Shown one piece after another: positions 53,771 through 64,000 of a stretch of DNA of 64,000 bases. The number at the start of each line of letters is the position of its first letter. Positions within the stretch are counted from its first letter, which is position 1. The DNA comes from the human T2T-CHM13v2.0 reference genome, Homo sapiens. The stretch is taken from NCBI RefSeq assembly GCF_009914755.1, contig NC_060932.1. One strand, 5' to 3'. Below the pieces are notes generated by a model. The model was not told where the DNA came from and did no database searches. It saw only the letters and a list, made by a program, of their open reading frames with translations. A program made the position numbers and the translations under genes.

Positions 53771-56339
53771 AGAAATTGCTAAAAGCAGAGACATATCAGC
53801 AAAGAAAATATTACCTCTGCTCTTGAATGCATCACGAGCATACAAGATGAGATTAATATGGGAAAGTACTACAATGTCTAGTTTACAGATGAGAAAAAGT
53901 AAAGTATAAAAAATGCTGTGGTATGCTTAAATAGATACTGTGACACTGTGTTCGTGCTAATAGGAGAATCTCAGAACCTGGCTATCCTTAAATATTTACT
54001 CAGAGGAAAATTGTTCATCAATGAGAAAATGGAAAGAACATTTTCTTTTCTATCCTCACTTTCTTTTCCATTTTTTTTTAATTTATCACTTATTTGGCAA
54101 TGTGGAGGCTATACAAAATTTCTTAGCTTGTAGTTTATTTGGAGGGATAAAAAAATAAGTGCCTAGGATTTGAATAACAATGCAAGAGTGTGAGGGCACT
54201 GCTCATCAGCCAAAATGCAGCAGTTGCTTTAAACACATCCCTCATTAGATAATAATCATATCCACTAGACACAAGCTCCTTAAGCCCGGAACTTATGTTT
54301 AACTCAAGGTTGCATCCAAGCACTAGCAGGGGACCTGTCAGATATCAGGAACTCAGTGAATAACTAATTGAGTGAATAAAGAAATGAGTAGTCTAGACAA
54401 TTAGGTAAGTATTTTGATTTTGCTTTGGCTTTAAGAAGATCATTTCTAAAGAACATTCCTTTACCTTTTCTTTTAACTTTATTTAACAAGGAGATTCAAA
54501 GCATTTTATGTCTATAAAAAAGGGGAGAACTGACATTTGTCAAACACTTGTCATGTTCCCGCTGCCACGCTAGGCCTTTTATGTTCTTAATGACATTAAA
54601 CCCTCATAAATGACCATAGGAGGTAGATTTTATTACTGATGTTGACAGATGTAAATGCAGCGGCTCAGAGAGGTTTAGTAACCTGACAAAATTCCACAGT
54701 GAAATGTGGAATAGATAGCATTTCTATCTTAAAACCTACTCTCCCTGCCCCACCCCATGGTGACATTGTACCTTGAATATCTTCTAGATCAATTCCTCAT
54801 CCAATGACTTGTAAATCTTTTCAATTTGGTAATGATTTGCAAGAACATTCAATGAAGAGAAAGAAAGAGGAAAGCCACAGTTTAAAAGAGGACTCATACA
54901 GTTTTCAGCCAGAGAAGAGTCAGATTTACAGAGTTTATGGAATCCTAGTCGGGTAGATTAGCAAGTGGGGGGATATAATGACAGGGTCCACACACATTCC
55001 TAGATTGAAGAGTTTATGCATGTCTTCCTGCTTCCACCAGCTGTACTTGCCTCTGATTTAATTATATGCTGAGTGTACAGATGCCACTAGAATTGCAGGC
55101 CATATCTTGCTTCCCAGGAAGGGTTATTGGTTAGATGACATTCAGCCCATGGAATGCAGTGAGGGTGTGCAGGGGTGAGGGGGACAGGCAAAGGATGTTG
55201 GTTTGTTCCTTAGCAAAGGAGATAGATTTGAATTTTTGTGAGCCAAGATTCATTAATTAATTTACTTGAACATATTTACTGATTACCGTAGTGGTCACTG
55301 ATTGTCTTTGTTCGCCTTACCAGAAAGATGGCCATTCAAAATACACTATTCTCCTGGACACCAAAATTAGTCCAAGATTTAGCATATAACCTAACCTGGG
55401 TGAGTGTACAATATAAAGAATTAACATGCACATTCAAGGAAAGAGTGTCTCTCAGATCTTAAGCTGAAAAAATCTTGAAAACTAGAGTTCCCAAGGGCTA
55501 TTTTACCCCTCATGCTAAGACAGTGTGAGAAGAACGCCAGCTCAGAGCAATGCAAAGCTGAGACATGAAAAGAGAGAAATATTTGAGCACCTAGATCCTG
55601 CCATGCCTGAGTCCCTGGACTTTTATAGCTACCTCAAGCAGATATCCTCACTGCACTCAGCACTCAAGTTGGGAGCTGGAAATATGAGGAATGGGAATTT
55701 CCTTTCCTTTACCTGAATATAGATATTGTCTTCAACTTAAAATGGTTATCATAGAACAAGCAGAGGAACTGGAGTCAGAACTATGGAACTGAATTCTAGT
55801 CCTATTATTTATTTCTTTAAAATCTAATGATGGGATCTACTCATCTGGTCCCAAGGAGTTGGGAAGACAAGGATCTCTCTTCTCATCCCACAGTGAGCTC
55901 TCAGCCTAGTGGAGCACATGAACTTGCTAACTGGCTGAATAAAATTTTGGAAAATTAGTTGGCTTCTTGGAACCTCAGTCTTCTTATCTGTAAATGGGGA
56001 AATGTGAGAATCAAATGAGCTGTTGGACATGACAACACTCGGTAACAGTGAAGGGCCTGCTCTGCAAGAGAAGGGCCTGTCCTGGTCACCAGTGTATCCT
56101 TTAAGTACTCATGTGCTTAATTAGGTGCTAAATGCCTAACAACCACATGGTTAATGTTCAACTTGTTTGTTGAAAGAATAAAATAATCTGTTATCTAGCA
56201 AATCCTCCTCAGCTTGATGCTGAAACATTCTTTATTTTATTTTTACAACTTGGCTTAAAATGTTCACTAAGGAGGGTCTAGCTCTTGTTTGTCATGAGAA
56301 ACTGTATAGAAGTTCCCTGGGGACATTTTAACCCCACCT

Positions 56340-56790
56340 ATATCAGTTGACTATTGCTGTTCAACAAACTACCACAACAGTTATGCTTAAAAACAAAACA
56401 AAACAACTATTATTTTTCTTGAGTCTGTGGGTTGACTGGACAGTTCTGCTAATCCCAGCTGAGCTTGGCTGGTCTCACCTGGGCTTGGCTGATCTTGTCT
56501 GTTCCTGTGCATCACTGCCAGCTAGTGGGCCAGCCAGGGAATGGCTGGTATAGGAAGGCTTCAGATGAGCTGTGTCCCCTTCCTCAACAGGCTAGCCTGA
56601 GCTTGTGTTCACTGTGGTGGCATGTTTCCAAAACACTGCAGAATTGTTCAAGTCCTCTTGAGGCCTAGGCTCAGAACTGACTCACTTCCTCCATATTCTG
56701 TTTTCCAAAGCAAGGCATTGGTCAGCCCAAATTCAAGGGGTGGGGATATAGACTTCATCTCTTGAAGGAGAGAGCTATAAATCATATGGC
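56340..56790 (-). mobile_element. MLT1 LTR
   Basis: tatcagttgactattgctgttcaacaaactacc...ggcctaggctcagaactg...cagcccaaattcaaggggtgggga...ctcttgaaggagagagct. Confidence 0.75.
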
Positions 56791-58156
56791 CAGGGCAAAG
56801 GGGCAGGGAGGATAGGAATGAGAGAATGATGCCACTGGTCTATCCAGAATCTTTGAGCTAAGGTAGGAAAGTGATTTAATGCTGTTAACTCAGAAAAGAA
56901 AAAAGGTGGATCCTTTTATCTCTTCTCTCTTTATCTAATCCTTGCTGTTTTGTCTCCTGACACTGCCCTAGTGCAACTTTCATGATCTCTGCTGCCTAGA
57001 TAATTAGGGTGGCTCTAAACTAATCTTTCTGGCTACAAACCAACTTAAAGACATTTATTTAGCACCTACCATTTCTCCAGTGTCCTGTTAAGCTCAAAGG
57101 GGTAGAGAAAGTTGTTCTAAGCATATAGTTCTTCTCTTCCGGGCCTCAGCCCAGGTGGGGATAGAGATATCTATCTATACTGCTGCCTGTCACCTGCAAA
57201 TCCCTCTCCACCTTACCACCAAGGTTATTTTAATAAAGCTCTTCATGTTGCCTACAAAATAAGGACCGCATTTCTTAAGCTGGTATTCAAGGCTTCCACG
57301 AATTGCTTCTAATCTTTCTTTCCATGCTCTTGACTCCTTATTTCTGGAAAAGAATCCAACACTTCTATTGCATCAGAATATTTAATATTTCCTACAGTTC
57401 CCTGGCTTTATTTCCCTTAGTATTTTCTCTACTTGTATATTCTCACTTTTCTTCTCTGGCTGCTGAAATGCCACTCACTCTATTAAAACCCTGCTCAATT
57501 GTAAACCTCCTTTATAAAGCCTTCCCTTCCTAAACTACCTAAAATTGATCTCTTATTTTTCTCTGTTTCCATAGTCATTTTTTCACACTAATATTATCAT
57601 CTACTTATGTTTTCCATCACACTAGATTTTATCCCCATGAGAGCAGGCCTCGGTCTTCCCCACCTCTGTGTCCATCAAGTTACCCAGGATATCTGCCTCA
57701 TAGTAGGTACTGAGTCAATGCTATCAACTTGATTTGAATCTCTTCCTCCTTCCCTCCTGCTCTGCAACCTTGCTTCCAAACTTGGAGCTGGTGAGAGTCA
57801 CAGCTACTTTCCAGGACTCTCTTTGGCCAGCAATGTAAGCTGCTCTTGAGTTGAGATATGCTGTAGGCTGCTGAATTGGCATGAGCTATAGGCCTAAAGA
57901 GTCCTGCTCTGTAACAGGGGACCAGTTGCGAATTGTAATCCCTCCTCTGGCCACTCTTCTGAGGCTTAAACTCACGTTGCCTTGCTCACTTTATTTTTAG
58001 GTGTCTGGCAGTTTAAAAGAGGGCTACAGCTATCTTTGGTTTATTATACTTATGCACAGCCTTGGAAACACTGTGCCCTGATTATAATAATACAAAAATT
58101 ATAATAATACAGATGAGGATTCTTCTTTATTCCAAGTTTGAAACCCCTTGTTTCAG

Positions 58157-58341
58157 GCAAGTGGCTTGTAAACTTATGTGTGAGTAAGAATCATCTGAGG
58201 AATTGGAAGCATGTGAATTCTTGGGCGTTATCACCAGAGTTTTTGAATTCCTAAGTTTGGGCAAGGCCTAGAACTATGTAATTTTCTCAGACTCCCCAGG
58301 GGATTTGGCTGCTGCAGACCATACTTTGAGAAAAAAACTAC
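58157..58341. mobile_element. MER5-like DNA transposon fossil
   Basis: taagaatcatctgagg...ccccaggggattt...gcagaccatactttgagaaa. Confidence 0.65.
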
Positions 58342-61089
58342 TACAGAATTATAAGCATCAGACAATGAAGAGAAATGTTGGTAGCATTCTGGCAACTAAT
58401 GTGATGCCAAAGTTGCCATCATATCCCGGAGACCAAGGAGGTCTCCAAATACCTCTACTTTCACCATGCTACTCCTCAGCTCAAGAACATGAAATGGCTC
58501 CATCTTGCCTCTTCCAGATCAAGTCCAGACTCTTCCCCATGCCATTCTAGACTCAGCCCTTCTACAATCACTTCTCTTCCAGGTCTTGCTCAATCCAGAT
58601 GTATCGCTGAAACCAGGCAAATTCTCCTGCATTTCTGTCACTCACCCTTGGCTGCTTCCGGACACCTTACCTTCTCCTGGTAATAGTTCATTTCATCTCT
58701 ACTGCTTTGCTTTTGGCTTGTTTTGTATCTAGTTGCTTCTTCATTAAAGATCACAATTCTGTTGAATGCCTTCCTTATACCAGGCACTGTCCCACACATT
58801 AGTTTATTTAATCATCAGATCAGTCCTAGGTTAGAGGTGTTTTCATCATCCCCATTGCCAAAGATAAGGTTTCGGGACTTGCTCACAGTCACACAACTGG
58901 TCAATGGCCTTCAAACCCACAGTGACCCATCTAAGTGCCATTGTCATTTATCTAATGCTGTGCCACTTATTTGAAGCCTACTTAAATCTAATTCTTCCTT
59001 CAAGGCTCCAGTCAAATACCTTCTTCTGAATTAAGATGGAAACCTCATTTTCTACATCTGTACATTGAGTAAGCCTGCCTAGCTTGAAGGCCAGTGTGGG
59101 GATTAAGGGCAACAAGGTATCTAATATATTGTGCACAGAGCTGGCCACAATCTGAGTGATTTAGTGGTACTGGCTGCCTGGACGCCATTTACCTAGAAAC
59201 CTACACAAAATCTCTTTCAGCGGGAGAGATGAAAATCATGTGGCTTTTGAGGAATGATGAAATTTAATTATCAGAATAAACTTTCTGGCATCAAAGCACG
59301 ATTTACCCTTTTCCTGCAGGTCACAGGTATCATTCAAGGATAAAGATATTAGGAAGCATTCTTCCAGCTGGAACATTTTTTATCTCCTCTTCAAAGAGTA
59401 ATCTCAGGACAGCCACAGCCATGGAAACAGAACGTGGCAGGTGTAGCTGTGCCCTGGATTAGAGGCCCATTTTCCCCAGCGGGAAGGAGAAAGGCTGTGG
59501 TCAGGGAAGATGAATGGACCGGGGCCGTTTTGTCACGGTCTACAAAGAGCACATTCTCCCTGCGCCTCGATCAATCAGGCCTCGTATTGAAGGCCCTTTG
59601 CTATCACTTTTGAGTGACTTGCAGCTTTTTTGTGTCACCAACAAGGGGCTTCTCATCTGTGTGGGTGACCCAAAATTGTGATCTGGCTTGCAGCAGTGCC
59701 TGGCCCATAATCAAGAGTAGATTTATTTGTTTCTTTGTTCCTTCTCAGCCATTGGGGATGGAGGTTGTTTGGCATTTTCCCTAAGAAGAGCTCACTTGCC
59801 TGTATTTTCACAGCTTTGCCTGTTCAGTCAAGTGTGGAAGAAGCTGTTAGGTATGGTCTCTCATGGGGAAAGGAGAAAAACGCAACACTGAGAGACAATG
59901 TTGCTGGTGCTTTGATAAGACATCAATGTGGTGTGAAATAACCGGGGTGGGCTATAAAGCAAGGCCAGTGTGGCTTGATATCCGGCTGATTGGCAGACCA
60001 TTCACATGTCTGTTGGTAAACCACTCACTACCTCAGTTTTCCCAAACTGTAAAACGAAGTGATAGTGCCTACCTCATCAGGTTGTTATAAGGATGAAAAA
60101 TAGGTTAGCAAAACATCTGAGGCTTAGTAAGACTACAGTGTCAGGAAATAATAGAAGCCAGATTTCGAATCTATCAGCATTTACGGTAGCATGCAGGCAT
60201 ACATGGCTGTTTCTTCATTTTAGTTCAGCCGACATCTGCAAGGAGCCTCCTGTGCTCCTGTACAGGAGACTGTACTAGGCTAGTCTCTGAGGACATAAAT
60301 ATGGTGAAGATTCTGTCCTCACGAGGACAGATGTGAATTTACATCTAGTATTTATACAGTACGTGTATCCTTGGAGAAACCACAGCCCATATAATGTAAA
60401 GGGCTCACATGCAGCCCCAGAGCTAGTTATTTCCAGAATTCATATCCAAGGCTTCTGATAATACTTTTTCCACTGACCGACAACTCTTATTTTAAGAAAG
60501 GAGCAGGGCCTGTTATATCATTCTGAACAAAGGCTCTGCTTAAGCCCAGCTACCCAGAGACCAGAGCAGAGTGGATTATTGAATATAACAAACCAAATAA
60601 AAGCTAACTGAAGGCCAAAATGTGATCACATTGGGAAATGGAGCCACTGCTTTCTTGGGCTGAGCTTCTTGTCTGCTGGCTCCGGGAACACCTAGTCACC
60701 TCCTCCTCACCCAGGCACTGCAAACAGGTCATTTTGATGATCTAAGAGATGAGCCTTTGGTGATGTCAGTCTCTCCCTAGGCACAAGGCCCATAATCACA
60801 TGCACTTGATCTTCACTCCCTATGTCCCTGGATCTCAGCATAGGAATGACTCAGCAAGGGTGAGCCTTTGGCCCTCCTCCAGAGAAGGGTCTGCATTGCC
60901 TCCGTGAAAATGTTACTGGCTGCATCCCCTGGCCCACCCAGGCGTATAAAGTTATGCCTTTCAGCCAATTTAGACCCTATTTAAAATTTACCTGCACTGT
61001 AGAGACAGGACAGAAATTTACTGTGTGTGTTTCCTTCAGAGAACTAGGATGAGGATTTGCTAACTTTGCCCCTGTGGATTTACTTATTT

Positions 61090-61680
61090 TCCACTAAATT
61101 TCACTATGAGGATATTCAAACATAGAGAAAAGTAGAAAGTAGTCGTATACCTACTAACAAAATTATGTCATTATCCTTTTACTGTAACTTGCATCATCAC
61201 ATATTTATTGATTGGTCTATCCATTGGTCTATCCATCCATCAACCTATCTAATTTCATAAATAAAATGTAAAGTAAGCTACAGTATCAGTATATGTTCTT
61301 CTTAATACTTCAGCATTTTAATCATTATCTAGAGTTTAATATTTTTATATCCATTTTTCCTTTTGAACATGCAATGCAATGTACAAATGTATAAATCTTA
61401 AATCTAAAGGTAAGTTTTGAAAAATGCGTATGCTTGTGTAAGGCAACCCCTAATGTGCATCCCTGGGACCACTCAAAGCTTCCTCAACTCTGTCAATCCC
61501 TGCCCCAACACCCATGCCCTACTAGAAGCAAACACTGTTTCAATGTTTTTTTTTAACCACATTATTAGTTTGTTCTATTCTAAGACTTCATATAAATTGA
61601 GTCATGTCATATGTTCTCTCTTCTGTATAAGATTCTTTCACTAAAGATAATGTTTTGAGATTCAGTTTCTACGTATTTAG
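61090..61680 (-). mobile_element. Old L1M fragment, antisense
   Basis: ttcaaacatagagaaaagtaga...ctagaagcaaacactgtt...gataatgttttgagattca. Confidence 0.6.
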
Positions 61681-61939
61681 ACTAGGGTTTAATTACAGAG
61701 AATATTAAGACTTCTGTGAGGATTAAAAAGGATATCATAGCTAAAATACTTAAACCGCAATGGCTGGCACATAGAAGGCATGCTATAGATGTCAACTACT
61801 GATACTGTAATTGTTATTTATTCTTATGATTTTCACATCATCTTACATGTGGGAGTTGTCCTCAGAGAATATTCTAGATCCTAATATTGTGGTCCAGAGC
61901 TCCTTGGAATTATATTCTCTCTCTGTCTCTCTCTGTGTG

Positions 61940-61957
61940 TCTGTCTGTCTGTCTGTC

Positions 61958-62044
<87 letters not shown>
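61940..62044. repeat. Compound STR [TCTG]4 TC [TCTA]12 TCA [TCTA]9
   Basis: Counted directly: TCTA x12 at 61958-62005, TCA, TCTA x9 at 62009-62044. Confidence 0.95.
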
Positions 62045-62045
<1 letters not shown>

Positions 62046-62527
62046 TTATCTTTACTTTTCCAAATAGATTATAACCTTTTTAGGAGCAGCACACATTGTA
62101 CTTACTATATCTTTTTATCCATTGTAATGCTTTGTAACATGCTAAGCATGTTGGTGACAATTTATATATGCATTTCATACTAGGTAAAAATTAAGGCTTT
62201 ACCTGCATGGGAATAACTTGCTTAGGAAATGGCAGGGAGGCTACATTGGTATGGAGTAGTTGTGATGTTTATCATGTTCACATCCCTGTTTCGGATGTCA
62301 AGAGTCCTGGGTTTGAATTCTGGTTCTGTTGTGAATCTGTCTTTCCTGAAGTGACTTATACAGGACTTGTGTCTCTGGATTCTTGTTACAACTCTGTATG
62401 ATAGATCTTATCATCTCCATTTTACTGATGAGGAGACTAAAGCTCATGGAAGTAGCCTGAGCAGTGGAACTGAGATTTGAACCTAGACCTGCCTGATTTC
62501 TAACTCCCGTACTATGTTCTTGAAACT

Positions 62528-62927
62528 ATGGTCTTTCTGACTTAAAGTACATATGGAGGAGAGAAGTAAGGCCAAGAAGTTGGACAGTTGATGCAACTAC
62601 CAGTATGATGGTCTTTCTGACTTAAAGTACATATGGAGGAGAGAAGTAAGGCCAAGAAGTTGGACAGTTGATGCAACTACCAGTATGATGGTCTTTCTGA
62701 CTTAAAGTACATATGGAGGAGAGAAGTAAGGCCAAGAAGTTGGACAGTTGATGCAACTACCAGTATGATGGTCTTTCTGACTTAAAGTACATATGGAGGA
62801 GAGAAGTAAGGCCAAGAAGTTGGACAGTTGATGCAACTACCAGTATGATGGTCTTTCTGATTTAAAGTACATATGGAGGAGAGAAGTAAGGCCAAGAAGT
62901 TGGACAGTTGATGCAACTACCAGTATG
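62528..62927. repeat. Minisatellite: 5 tandem copies of an 80-bp unit
   Basis: gtctttctga recurs at 62531, 62611, 62691, 62771 and 62851; the only difference is C>T at 62861 in copy 5. Confidence 0.98.
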
Positions 62928-63029
62928 AACAGTGAACAAGATTAATAATAAATGGCTCCAATGTGTATACCTAGTACACATTGCCTCAAACAACAGGCTT
63001 GTGTCTGACCTTTCCACATTGACCATTTA

Positions 63030-63160
63030 TTTTGGTCCTAAGGCAGCCTGGGAGGTAAATGGGCAAAGCTTATTCTTGCCACTTTACAAGTCAAGAAACT
63101 AAGATTCAGAAAGGTAAGTGATTTACACAATGTCACAAAACTAGTAAGTGGCAGGTGGTT
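63030..63160 (-). mobile_element. MIR SINE fragment
   Basis: ccactttacaagtcaagaaactaagattcagaaaggtaagtgatttacacaatgtcacaaaactagtaagtggcag. Confidence 0.75.
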
Positions 63161-64000
63161 ACTGGAGGAGAGGGATGGAAGGGGGATTTGAAAACAGGTC
63201 TCACTCTTCAAGTAAAGGATATCCCTCTTGTGCTCTTACCTTTTGGAGGAGAGATAAGTTGACAAAAGATATCTGTGGACAAATACATTTTAAATAATAT
63301 GTTTAACCATTACTACTTCACATGAAGTTGTCAAAATGGTTTCAAAAATCAACTCATTTAAAAAGGTACCTGTTGATGTGCCAGGCCCTGGGCCTGTTGG
63401 CCCCGCATTCCCAGCAGACTTGACGGAATGAACCTTCCCCATGAGTGATGCTGTGCCATCACATGTTCTTCTTGTGAACCACCCAAAAGGGTTTAGTTCA
63501 TTTATTCTCTCAAGAATTTTATTTACTTTCTTTATTCTCTCAAGCTATAGGCCTGAGTCATTTCATTAAATAAGTGTTCTGCTTTGGCCTTCTTCCAGCT
63601 GGCATGATACTAGACTGGCGTGAAGCAGGGAAGTGGAATCATCTTAAATTTAGCATCATGAAAATCTGTTCCTCGTGAACTCGTGGGGGCTACTCAGCAT
63701 CCTCAAGACAGGGTAGTCACCTACACAGCCACTGGGCCCAGGAGGGAGACCTTCTCTCAAGGATTAGAAAGGGCAGCGTGGTTTTTCTTTACTTATACTC
63801 TGCCTGGTTGAAAAGCATGGCTAGCCTCTTCTGTTTAGAAAACAATAGAGAAGTCAGTGGGTGAACACAAGGAGGAATTGTAGAGAACAGAGGAAATGGG
63901 AGCAATAAATTTACATGTATTTTCACAGAATCCTGCGGCCACCCTGTAAGGAAAGAACACTTGTTGTTCCCAGTTTATTGTTTATCCTGTAAGGAAAGAA

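Noticed and set aside
62528-62927. 80-bp array as a CRISPR array or coding repeat
   Set aside because: Units are identical along their whole length with no variable spacers, there are no cas genes, the context is primate DNA, the period is not a multiple of 3, and no long ORF spans it.

Overview
This window is AT-rich, CpG-depleted primate (human-like) non-coding DNA, either intergenic or deep intronic. I can support no cellular protein-coding exon, RNA gene, CpG island or CRISPR array. All ORFs in the track are chance ORFs, simple repeats, or Alu/THE1/L1 remnants. It is dominated by interspersed repeats: a near full-length dead L1PB-type LINE-1 (~10.97-16.83 kb) nested with an older L1M fragment inside a split MLT1 LTR, a young L1PA 3' stub, two THE1 solo LTRs, MST/MLT1 LTRs, seven Alu/FLAM insertions, MER5/MER20/MER63 DNA transposon fossils, many MIR and L2 fragments, and microsatellites. 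The structures that transposons do not explain are local duplications. The main ones are a nearly perfect 5 x 80-bp tandem array (62528-62927), a 41-bp-arm inverted duplication (43261-43353), a ~110-bp dispersed duplication 1028 bp apart, and a patchwork templated insertion. I see no convincing novel multi-gene system. Repeat subfamily names are from recalled consensus sequences and need RepeatMasker/Dfam confirmation.
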